A DNA stretch of 64,000 nucleotides from Balanoglossus misakiensis (taxonomy: Eukaryota; Animalia; Hemichordata): NCBI GenBank assembly GCA_040954595.2, contig CM082588.2, positions 6,832,202-6,896,201 on the forward strand. Reading direction: 5' to 3'. The translations under genes were made by a program, and so were the position numbers. Below the pieces are notes generated by a model. It was not told where the DNA came from. It ran no database searches and saw nothing but the letters and a program-made list of their open reading frames with translations. Positions within the stretch are counted from its first letter, which is position 1. The number at the start of each line of letters is the position of its first letter. Positions 41,079-51,277 of the stretch are shown here, piece after piece.

Positions 41079-41571
41079 TACCCACTGAAAAAAAATGCAA
41101 AAAGTGCAGTGGCAACATGAATGGTCTCCAGAAAAGAAAAATGAGTATTTCACATTCATGTGTTCTTGGTGTTATCCAATCAGCAAGATAGAAATCAATA
41201 TTTAACGTCTTTTTTTCTGCTGTAAATGATTGTTGGATTTAGGATATCATTATACAAAGGGACCCATACTTCCCACTCAGTCAAAACACATGAGTCACCA
41301 AACCGCGTAGCTGCTAATTGGTCTGCTAGATAATTAAAAACAAACACTGGGCATTTAGAAGCCATAACAACAATCCGTCTGGTTGGATCAATTTAATTCT
41401 GCCTGCAAGTACTGGTATACCGGTTTTAATGCATGGCCTGTATAATGGAACCAGTGCCAATCATACAGGCTATTTTGCATTGTATATATGTTACATCGTG
41501 GCAAATCATGACTGAAGGACAGGTTTACACAAAAGATGAGTGCACCTTTCAGACAATGCCGCTATGTTTAC

Positions 41572-41655
41572 CCCTTTCACCACCATGGTTTGATCCAATC
41601 TATTGTTTTCTATGCTAAACTTGGACCGCTTAAAGGAGAAATGGGGGTGAAAGGG
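41572..41655. mobile_element. Family D piggyBac-like MITE
   Basis: TTAC-CCCTTTCACCACCATGGTTTG…GGGGGTGAAAGGG-TTAA. Confidence 0.65.
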
Positions 41656-42491
41656 TTAAATGTATGAAATAACCAAATTTGACAATTAATTTCATAACTA
41701 AATATGACAGTCAATTTTTTCTGAATTTTTATGACTTTGGGGGCTTTTTTTAATCATTATTGATTGGTTCGTTTGAATGACTGTGTTTCGGGCTTACCAA
41801 AATATTTTGCATAATTGCTCTTATTTTTCATTTCAATAGAGAAAGTTACCTGGAAAAGTGTCAGAATGTTAAAAGACTCCCGGAAAACCTTAAAATTTTA
41901 AACGAGTCACAGAAAGTTTGTAAAAATCCTTGGAATCATGAAATTCACTCTTGGAAAATTCATTCAGTCTCCTATTCTACCATCATATGTAGATTACTAG
42001 GAAATGTTTTGACTCAGTTACTTTATAATCACACAACGAGAAAATGATGTATTTGATTCCAAATCCTCCTGGAATATGACTGGAAATTCTTATTGAAAAC
42101 ACCAGAATTTTCAATAAGGTGAAGTGTGTGAACCCTGATACTAAGTTTTTCGTGAAACCGATATTGTAAACTGCAAACAGAGGAAGATTGAGACTCATTC
42201 TTTTCCGGAATTTTAAGTTGTCAGGATAATGGATTAGCCACCACTTAACGGGATACGAATGGGGCTTTAATACGGAAAATCCCCGGAATGGATAGTTTGT
42301 AATGATCTCGGAGAATTTCCCAACCAGTGGCATTCCACACTCGTCAGATATTTGTCACAGTAAATCACAAGCACGGTATTGGCATTTTCTGTTACCTGCA
42401 TGACTTGTTGCGACTAGCGGAGTGGTATGTGAGTGATCAGAACTGTATAGGCTGAAAATGGCAGTGTATGAACAATACACAATCAGAGATA

Positions 42492-42700
42492 CTGTAAAAC
42501 AGGTTATTTTCGCGACAGGAAATTTTTGCGATATCGAAAGAGGCAACTGTTACGCGAGGATTAATTTTCGCGTTCTGATATATCCCTAACTGCATCGTTA
42601 TCTCCGAAAAACATTTTACGCGATTTTTTATTTTCACGTTTTTTTGGCTCTCGCGTATTTCGCGAAAATTTATTGCTCGTGAAAATTACCTGTTTTACAG
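42492..42700 (+). mobile_element. Family B MITE (B2)
   Basis: TA-CTGTAAAACAGGTTATTTT…CCTGTTTTACAG-TA. Confidence 0.9.
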
Positions 42701-43366
42701 TATCTTTAGCATACATTTGAAGTTGAATTGTTCAATTTGTGGTTACTTAGGGTGCCATTTAATCTGGATTTGACCCCCTAGGATTTGATATCATTAACAA
42801 GTTGGTAAATATTAATTACTCAATTCCACGGAAATTGTCATTAAGAGCAATTTGCGAGTGATCTAGTTTCGTATTCCTGTTTCCCCTTCTGAGTATTTCC
42901 AGTGTTTTCTGTGTCTATATGCACATCGTGCCAACACATTTAAATGAGAAATCAAGCAAAAAAGAACATTATTTAATAAAGGGGACATTTTTGCTAAAAA
43001 TGTAATGTGAAAGGTAGTGACATAAATGGAATTGTCATTGATTTAACACGACATCATTGACCCAATAACTATCCAGGAATAACTGACCTAGTTACGACAG
43101 ATGTTGCTGTTCCCAGTTTATGTGTTCATTAAAAATTGACCGAATGTTGACAGAAATGTTTGAGGCTATCAGAAGTAGAAGTTACCTCTTTTATAGATTA
43201 TCAAGTGATTTGTCTGCTGTCTTTCGGTCAATGACATCACTGATAGTCCGCTCCTAATTAACATATATACCCATATAAGGTAAAAAGGGCATATTAATGT
43301 CTTCTGATGGCCTCATGGTGGAACACCTGTTTCATAGATTTTTTTTAAACTCAGAAAACATTATAA

Positions 43367-43507
43367 TGAAAATAAAAAGTCGCGGAAAATGTTTTTCGGA
43401 GATAACGATTCAGTGAAATACGAGAACGCGAAAATTAATCCTCGCGTAACCGTCGCCTCTCTTGATATCGCCAAAATTTCCTGTTGCGAAAATAACCCGT
43501 TTTACAG
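43367..43507 (-). mobile_element. Family B MITE (B2), truncated
   Basis: …aaaattaatcctcgcgtaac…AATAACCCGTTTTACAG-TA; other end missing. Confidence 0.85.
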
Positions 43508-44807
43508 TATCGGGATTAATATTACATGTACTAGTATTTGTACTCTCCTTATTGGTTGCGGTTCATTGATTCTGAAATTTGTTGAGAAAACAAATCTATC
43601 AGTTGGACGTGCAACAGAGGTAAGACTATCAAATTAGTTATAAATAACATTTTATGATGACATGTCATATCTCATTCCTTTCATCCTTGCCTCGTTGTGC
43701 TTCATAATCACTTACAATAATAAACATAATAGGACTCGTGGTATTAATGAAAGAGGTTTTATTGATTGTAGAATGCAGTTTACAGAAGCTGGTTAGTTTT
43801 ATTATCAAGAAATGAAGTGGTTTCACTTCACCTGCTTGTATACTTGAGTGGAGTCAGTTGTCGCGATCATCTGACAATGTTTGGTCATAGACAGTAAGAG
43901 ACTGTCAGTGTAGGTTTAAAGGGCCACTATCTGTAACTTTTGACCATCTTTCCAAATTTTCATGTGTTGTCAGCAATTCTCGCGATTTTTGTTCATGAAT
44001 ATTTTATGCAAATTTGTAATATCAGCTGAAGGGGCGGGGGATGATAAATATTTCAGAGTAAACTTTTAAAATATTTATTGCCTTGACAACAAGTGATTAT
44101 ACTCTTTTTTGCTTGTGTCTTCTCTTTTCTGTTAAATATTGTAGATTCCGTAAAATTCGACTGTCAAATTTTCGTGCTTTTATCTTTAGTCATTTGAAGA
44201 GCTACATTACTGAAGGGCAAATCTAAGGTTTAGAAAAATCTGAAGTCCACTTATCTTGATTTCTGAGTCAGTATCTCACTATAGAAGCATGAGTGTCACC
44301 CATGTGGACGTGAACTGCAGGCCTGTTCATTGAAATTCGTATATCTGATAGTCTCGCGGCCGCACCTTACCCCAACTGTATTGTCATCGGTCGTTCGGGG
44401 TCACGGGGTCAATAAACACCCGAGAAGGGGTTCCTCTCCCCAAACACCGCGGAATGCCGCTCTGCATATAATGATCCAGTGATCGCAAACAAATTCCTTT
44501 TTCAAAAAAAGGTATGTCGTGGCCCATTATCGGTATAAATGGAGTGAATCCCAGAGGAACCCCCCCCTCCCCCCACGCCACCCCCAACCACGACAAGTCT
44601 ATTTGTTTTGCGGTGTTGTCCCCCCATTCCTGGCTATCTTGTAAATTTACACTTAAGTACACTGAATTAAGATCTCACATTACCGCCCGTATACTGCGCC
44701 TTTGTTTGAGTTTATTGCGGTCTAAGTCGGGCAGAAAGCTGGTAAGGTGATACAGGCACATACCGAGGTGAATTTTGCTGTCGGGATCAACCTGGCTGCA
44801 TACTGAA

Positions 44808-45056
44808 AGGGACGAAGTCTCTCTCTCTCTCGCTGCCTTTTTTCCATTAAAGGGACAAAGTCTCTCTCTCGCAGCCCTTTTTCCATTAATTATGTTTGAT
44901 ACAATGCACTGTTTATGTTATTCTACATGTGGATATACATGTACAGTGAATCAACGTTCAACCACACACACCTTCCATCCCGCTTGTAGGATATGAGAGT
45001 AAAAACTCGTCCAAAATGAATAAATGGTAAAGACCAATTATTCATTTGGGCGAGTT
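44808..45056. mobile_element. Two family A left ends in tandem/nested arrangement, truncated
   Basis: AGGGACGAAGTC…ccaTTAA then AGGGACAAAGTC… restarting at 44851. Confidence 0.85.
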
Positions 45057-45720
45057 TGTAAAGCTTGTAAAACCACGAACTACAAACCAGCAAGTCTCAA
45101 GAAACATGTGACGTGTATTGAACCCTAGATGTACATTGCCCAACAGTCAGAAAGAGACTTGTTGATTCAGCACAACACAAAATAAACCCCTTACAATGCT
45201 ACCTACATCGTAACCTAAGCCTTATGCAACTCTCTCATATTTTTAAGCCATGGAGAATTATATATCAGAAGATTTAAGAAGACATCAATGCTGCAAAAAG
45301 TCAAACATGTAATATTTAGTCTATCATCAAAATAATGCATGGGACTTTTCTTAGCAAAAATTGAACATTGATGTTATTAATAAAAGCTGAAATATGCTAC
45401 AGTTGGTATTAACAGAGATCTCTTTGGCATATGTGTATTATAGTAACCAATGAATAATTAAATATAAAACTGTATTTTAAGCTATACTTCTTAAAGTACT
45501 CAATTGAGTGTGAGCGGATTATGTTGCTGTGATTTCTTTCATTATTAAATGTCAGAGATAATTCATGAGGGAGGATGGATCGCCGAATGAATACATCAGA
45601 ATATGTCCTTGATTTAAGACTTTGTGTTCGTTTTGCAGAACTACAGTAACTGTTGTATAATACATGCCCTACATAGTGTATTTTTGCTATATCAGGTGGT
45701 TACTATTTTGCGACGATTAA

Positions 45721-45909
45721 AGGTAAACGGTCACCCCTAATTTACATACGCCCATATATGGCTGAAATGGCATATTTGAGTGTTCTAAAGAACATATGGT
45801 GGCGCTCTTTCTTCGCGTGTGCCACCCACTGAAAATCTGTGATTGGCTAGATCTCAAGTTTACCATGGTAACTGTCGCTAAACTTCCATATGTGACCGTA
45901 CGTATACCT
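45721..45909 (+). mobile_element. TTAA-flanked Kolobok-like MITE (family G) inserted in an old family B copy
   Basis: TTAA-AGGTAAACGGTCAC…GTGACCGTACGTATACCT-TTAA; inverted relative at 50596-50759. Confidence 0.72.
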
Positions 45910-46020
45910 TTAATTTTCGTGTTCTCTTTATTTCACTAACTGCACTTCAAACTGTGGCAACTGTGAATTTGATGGCCGCCTTAATTCTGTTGTACTTGAG
46001 ACACACCTTGGTCCTATGTA

Positions 46021-46228
46021 CTGTAAAACACTTTATTTTTCGCGAGTTGAAATTTTCGCGATATCGAGAGAGGCCACTTTTTCGCGAGTATTAATTTTCG
46101 CGTTCTCTTATTTCATTCACTGCATCGTTATCTTCAAGAAAAATTACGCGAATTTTTATTTTCACGCTATTTTGGCTCTCGCATATTTCGCGAAAATTTA
46201 TTGCTCGCAAAAATAAAGTGTTTTACAG
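46021..46228 (+). mobile_element. Family B MITE (B1)
   Basis: TA-CTGTAAAACACTTTATTTTT…AAAATAAAGTGTTTTACAG-TA. Confidence 0.92.
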
Positions 46229-47704
46229 TACATAGGATGACACTGTGATGAATGGCAAATGGAGGCACATTATCACTTACGTGCACAATGTGTCGATTTG
46301 AGTCCTGTACAGGCGTCAGAGCTATATCTGCTAGGACACAGAGGGCACTGTTGTCCTAAAGTATAGTAACACCAAAAACACACATCCATACCCAAGAAAC
46401 ATGCACACTAGTACATGTATAAGTACATGCACACATACAAATCTTCCAATGTAAAATCTTCAAACAATGAAGCAAACCTGTCCTGTGGCTGTCTGTTGCT
46501 TTTGATACAGGCTATCTTAACATCAATTACGATTATTTTTTCTTCTTCAATGAAATAAAATCATGTCTATACCCTTACTGGTGATGGTAATAATCATTTC
46601 TAAGTTGACTACAACTCAATACATGTAAAAAAATTCACATACAAGAAACATTTTTTCATATATCGTACAAGATTTACCCAAATACAATGATCTGCAGTCA
46701 GCAAAAAACACACACTGACATAAATAGCACATAAGCCCTAGTACCAACAGTTCCTATTTTATTTTTCTATCACTTTAATGGTACATTTTCCATCAGATAA
46801 TTACAAGTAAAAGGTGTCCATGGGCAATATATCGTCTTTCGAAGATTTTTCGCATCATCCAGGGTTGTTCGTAATCAAGAAAAAAAGAAATTACTATTAC
46901 CTAGATAAGCCGCTTTTTTCAATAGCAGGCATGGAGTTAGCTTACCAGCTTACTATTCACGCAAGTCCACTTCATTGGGAATTTTTTCCCCTTCATATAG
47001 CATATTGTGCCGAGATCAAATTTCGGCTCGATACATGCTTTTCTTTGCCGAGCTAGCGTGCCGACGAGCTTTGAAATAGCAGTATTCATCAGTCACGTTT
47101 TTTGTGTGCATCTCTGAAAACATCAACATGAGCATCTTACCGACTGAACACTCCGAATCAAAGGGTGTCTCTTTTTTTTAATTCGTTCGCCGCGGTGTTC
47201 ATCTTCGCCTGGTTGGTGGGCAGCTTTAATGAAAAATAGACTGACATATTATCATGGCTTGCAGCGGTTGCAGAATCCAATTCGAGTCCCACGTTAAAAC
47301 CTCCTCAATTGTTGTTTCATCTCGCGCGGTATCAGAATGAAAAACTTAGTCAGCATCTCTCTCGCACAGAAAGTTGACAGCTGAAACTTGAATTAAGTCT
47401 GTAAAACTGCCTCTCGGCCAGGTTTTCTCTGGTCGTTATGGTTACTAACTGACGTCAAATAAACTCTGGTGATCGCGTGGATATTTTGCTGCGAGGTGTT
47501 TAATACATACAACTCAAACATGGTAGTCAACAACTGTGAGAACGTAAAAGGATTTGTTTTTTTGAATCCTCGTTTACTTGTTTGTTTGATGCAGTGCTGT
47601 CATGTGACAGTGTTACTCTTTTGTGATTGGATAATAAAATTTATGTAAATTTTCGAGATTTTTGGTGCAAAATTATTAAAAAATGAAAGTGTATCATAGT
47701 ACAG

Positions 47705-47830
47705 TAACCACAGTAGCAGACTTCACTACTGGGGAACGTGAGTTCGCGACCCATGCATGACCTTGATGTGGTGCCCTTGAGCGAGGCACTTTATTTCTCA
47801 TCACTTCTCGTCTACCCACAAGTGGTGGTT
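47705..47830 (+). mobile_element. Probable tRNA-derived SINE relic with CORE-like motif
   Basis: B-box-like GAGTTCGCGACCC at about 47740, followed by GTGCCCTTGAGCGAGGCACTT, which resembles the CORE-SINE motif GTGACCTTGGGCAAGTCACTT. Confidence 0.4.
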
Positions 47831-47902
47831 ATAATTAGGCGACATATCAAAACATTCTTCACTGAATTTGACCAAACCTTCACAGATGCATTTGTGGTGA
47901 TA

Positions 47903-48090
47903 CAGTAAAATCTGTCCAAACCTAACAGTGTCTTATCTGGAAACCTGTCTATGTTGAACGCATTTTCCAGTCCATTTCACATAGAACCATAATGTTAAAA
48001 GAACCTCTATAAACTAGACACCTCTGCAAAACAAAAAATTTGTTCTATCTCTTTGGTGTTCAGTTTTAATAGACATTTTTTTTTTTACTG
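47903..48090. mobile_element. Old pogo/Tigger-like MITE
   Basis: TA-CAGTAAAA…TTTTACTG-TA termini; internal acctgtcta / acctctata / acctctgca repeats. Confidence 0.5.
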
Positions 48091-48549
48091 TATTTCATTT
48101 TTCTGAAAATCTGATGAGCATAGCAAGTTGATAGTTGCTTTTTCTGAGAATGTAGATGGCATGACATGTAGATTGTATATTGTTTTTTGGCCACTTGTAG
48201 ATTCATTGCGGTTTATGTGTATAGATGCCATGGTCTTATCATGTCTACATCATGTTTAACAGCAACATGTACTCTTATTCACCTGTGGATCGAGCTGATG
48301 TGTGCATATGGTTTCAATGTCAAACCAAACCGAATCAAACTACAGTGTACAAACATGTACAAGTCAATACCGACTGCCAACAAAATCAATACCTGTCATT
48401 ATTCACCGTGACTTCAACACAGTACACAGTCATCACAAGTAATTAAAACCCATTGACTTCAACACGAGAATAGAAACTATTATCCCTGTACAAAACTATA
48501 ACTGTTTATCTTCTTATGGTGATGGTGACATCACAGCCTACAGTGCTGA

Positions 48550-48760
48550 ATGCGGCCTAATTACCTTCAATGGGACCATTAATCAATTTAGAAATCAATT
48601 AATCACCTTAACAAGCCATTAAGTAATTGATTAATTGCACCGTTAATCAGTGATCTGATTGCCAATTAGTCCCTGTGTAAATTTAATTTCATGGATGGAA
48701 AGAGGAATTCCTTAGGTATGGTCCAAATCATTGATGAGGGCAACTTTGATAAATCACTAT
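48550..48760. promoter_or_regulatory. Candidate intronic enhancer, dense in homeodomain TAAT/ATTA cores
   Basis: CTAATTA, ATTAATCAAT, CAATTAATC, GTAATTGATTAATTG, CCAATTAG, TTTAATT and CTTTGAT in about 200 bp of non-repetitive sequence. Confidence 0.4.
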
Positions 48761-50595
48761 ATGCTTATCAATGCCAGCCGTACTGGTTTGTTCAGTGTAC
48801 AAAATGCGAGGCTGGGCTAATGAAAGCTCGCGCATGCATCTTCGTAAGATGATATCACTCGCACTTTTAATGGTTTTGACATCAAAAACGCCCTTTACGC
48901 CATACAGAGCTGTGATATGAGACTGTACATACAGAGAGAGATTGTTCTTGAAAGACTTTGTATTCAGAGACCAGAGCGGACGCCATTACACGGCGACTGT
49001 GCACCACGCTCCCTGCAGACTCCCAGATGAGCTCTTTCCACCCATTAGCACTGTTTGCTGTTTTAACATCAGAACCGCTGCACGTCTGGTAACCATGGTG
49101 ACAGCACAACAGCTTTAGGGGGAAGGGGGAGATGTGAGATCTTGAGGGACCGTTTCGTAGCGGTTGCAATGGGGGGTCCCAGGAGATGCAGATAGTGTTT
49201 TTTTCTCCCCCACAATGGTTGCAAGGAAGGGTAGCTTTTCATCTGCCCAGGGATTGTGTCCACAGAGGCTATGATAGATGGGAGGGAGTTATTTTTTTTG
49301 AAGGATCGGGTTACCGTACCTCAGAAAAGGTCTTCATTATGACGGATTTTGCTTTTAATATCTCTTGGGGGTTTGTTCAACAAGAAGGTATGGTCCCTAT
49401 GAGATAAATGCTTGGGGCTTGCGCGTTTTTTTTTTTTTTTACCTTCTCTCTCAAGAACCATATATCCTCACAAAACAGACTGATAACTCGGCAGTTTTTG
49501 TTCAGATTGAGTTCCATCAGCCCGTGATATCCTGAAGGAGTTGACGAAGCATCGTGATTTGATGCGTGGGTTGATTTCACTAATTCTGTCGATCGATGAT
49601 ATCGGACCGAAAAAACTTAATGGCAAGAACACAGATGCCAAAGCTATTGTATTTCAGTAATTTGCGGTAAATACTCAGAGAAGTAGTGGCTGGCTTTGTG
49701 AAGTGCAGTCATCATATTTCAGCCAAGCAAAGTTGACGACGTCAGAGATAGGAAAGTAACAGCCAGGTATAGGCCAAGAAACTGTAAGATCACACTAATA
49801 TTGTGGATTGAATTATTGGAAACAGGGTTTGCTCAGATCCATGGGTGGTCAGTTTTTGGCTTTGTCACATCACCATAACAACAGACTGGTATTATCACAG
49901 CAGCAATGTAAATGGGCCATTACGGTTTCCGTGGTGATGTGCAGTATCTGTTGCCATAGTAACAGTCCGATATCATTGCCATGATGTTGGTTAAGTTTTG
50001 TTGGGGATTTTTTCTTGGAGGGTACTGGTGTGGTGAAGTAATATCACTAAGTTTTATCCCAAAATTTTGACATCAAAGATAATACTAAAAATTTCAGTGG
50101 AATCAGTTTTTAAAAATCTGCACATAAACCGAGATAGTAACCTCCCTTGCTATGATGAATGTTCCAAGATTGAAACATTTTCGATTTGGTTGCGGTTCAT
50201 GATATATCATGTAGTATTTTGTCACCTGTGACTTACAAGAGAGACATATTGTCTGTGTCTGGGTGAGATTAAATCACAAAGCTAACACCTCACACTGATT
50301 TGAATTGCGTTCTAACGTGTCTGGGTTGAATTATGATATACAGAGCTGCATAGGAATGACAGATATATTACAATGAATTATGGGATATGCGATGCACACA
50401 CAACATACGATGTAACTATCTGCATGATATGTTGCATAGCATGTATGATAACACTATAAACAACTCATTCTGATAGAGAATTATGAGATCCATGTCGTAA
50501 ATTTCAATGCTTACAAGGCAACATATGTCATTAAGTAACTACTGTCCATGTGCATGTTTCGCTTTCTATGCGTAATTCTACAAATCACATTTTAA

Positions 50596-50759
50596 AGTTT
50601 AACGTACACAGTCTCCTATGCAAATTTAGCCACAGTTATCATGGAAAGTTGGATCTAGCCAATCAGTGATTTTCAGTGGATGGCCAACGGTCATTATTTC
50701 TGAAGATGTACCCTTTTAATCATGTATGGCATATGTAAATTAAACATGATTGTATGCCT
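50596..50759 (-). mobile_element. Family G relative, diverged
   Basis: acagttatcatggaaa…gatctagccaatca…gattttcagtgg is the reverse complement of ccactgaaaatc…tgattggctagatc…ccatggtaactgt in the 45721 copy; ends gcct-TTAA. Confidence 0.6.
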
Positions 50760-50936
50760 TTAAGAAACATCAATTGAATGCATATGCAGTGGCAATAATA
50801 TAGTTGACTGAAATTCCAACATAAATCAAAATTTCTTCCATTTGCAACTATATCAGTTATTCTGATCAATTTGAATGTTGTTGACCTTAAATTCACAAAA
50901 TTTATTTATTTTATTTTTATTTTTTTCTTATTCTAG

Positions 50937-50983
50937 GTGCTGGTATTTAGCGTAGCTATGGCCCTTTATATGTATTTTTTCAA
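50937..50983 (+). CDS. TMEM135: TMEM135 exon 6 (VLVFSVAMALYMYFF, then a split AA- codon)
   Basis: Long T-rich tract ending ttctAG, donor GTAAGT at 50984; 47 nt. Resembles human VLLFCITAAMYMFFFR (recalled). Not present in the ORF track. Confidence 0.92.
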
Positions 50984-51066
50984 GTAAGTTTTCGCTTTTC
51001 TTATTAATTCTTTTGCTGATCATCAATTTGAATTGACTCTGTCCATATAAGCTTGTACTACAGTAA

Positions 51067-51277
51067 CTGTAAAACAGGTTATTTTCGCGAGCAATAAATT
51101 TTCGCGAAATACGGGAGAGCAAAAAAAAAACGTGAAAGTAAAAAGTCGCGTAAAATGTTTTTCGGATATAACGATGCAGTCAATGAAATAAGAGAACGCG
51201 AAAATTAATACTCGCGTAACAGTTGCCTCTTTTGATATCGCGAAAATTTCCTATCGCGAAAATAACCCGTTTTACAG
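51067..51277 (-). mobile_element. Family B MITE (B2 ends, B1-like core)
   Basis: CTGTAAAACAGGTTATT…AATAACCCGTTTTACAG-TA, starting about 84 nt after the exon 6 donor. Confidence 0.9.

Larger units (their letters stand above)
5103..50936 (+). other. TMEM135: TMEM135 intron 5, 45,834 nt
   Basis: GT at 5103 and AG at 50935-50936. The peptides on either side (…KNGE | VLVF…) join as in TMEM135 (NGE-VLLF) with no missing residues. Confidence 0.88.

Noticed and set aside
5103-50936. Nested gene, known microRNA, tRNA/snoRNA or recursive splice (AG-GTAAGT) sites in the giant intron
   Set aside because: None recognised by eye; short seed-like matches lacked full mature sequences. An Rfam/miRBase search and RNA-seq would be needed to exclude them.
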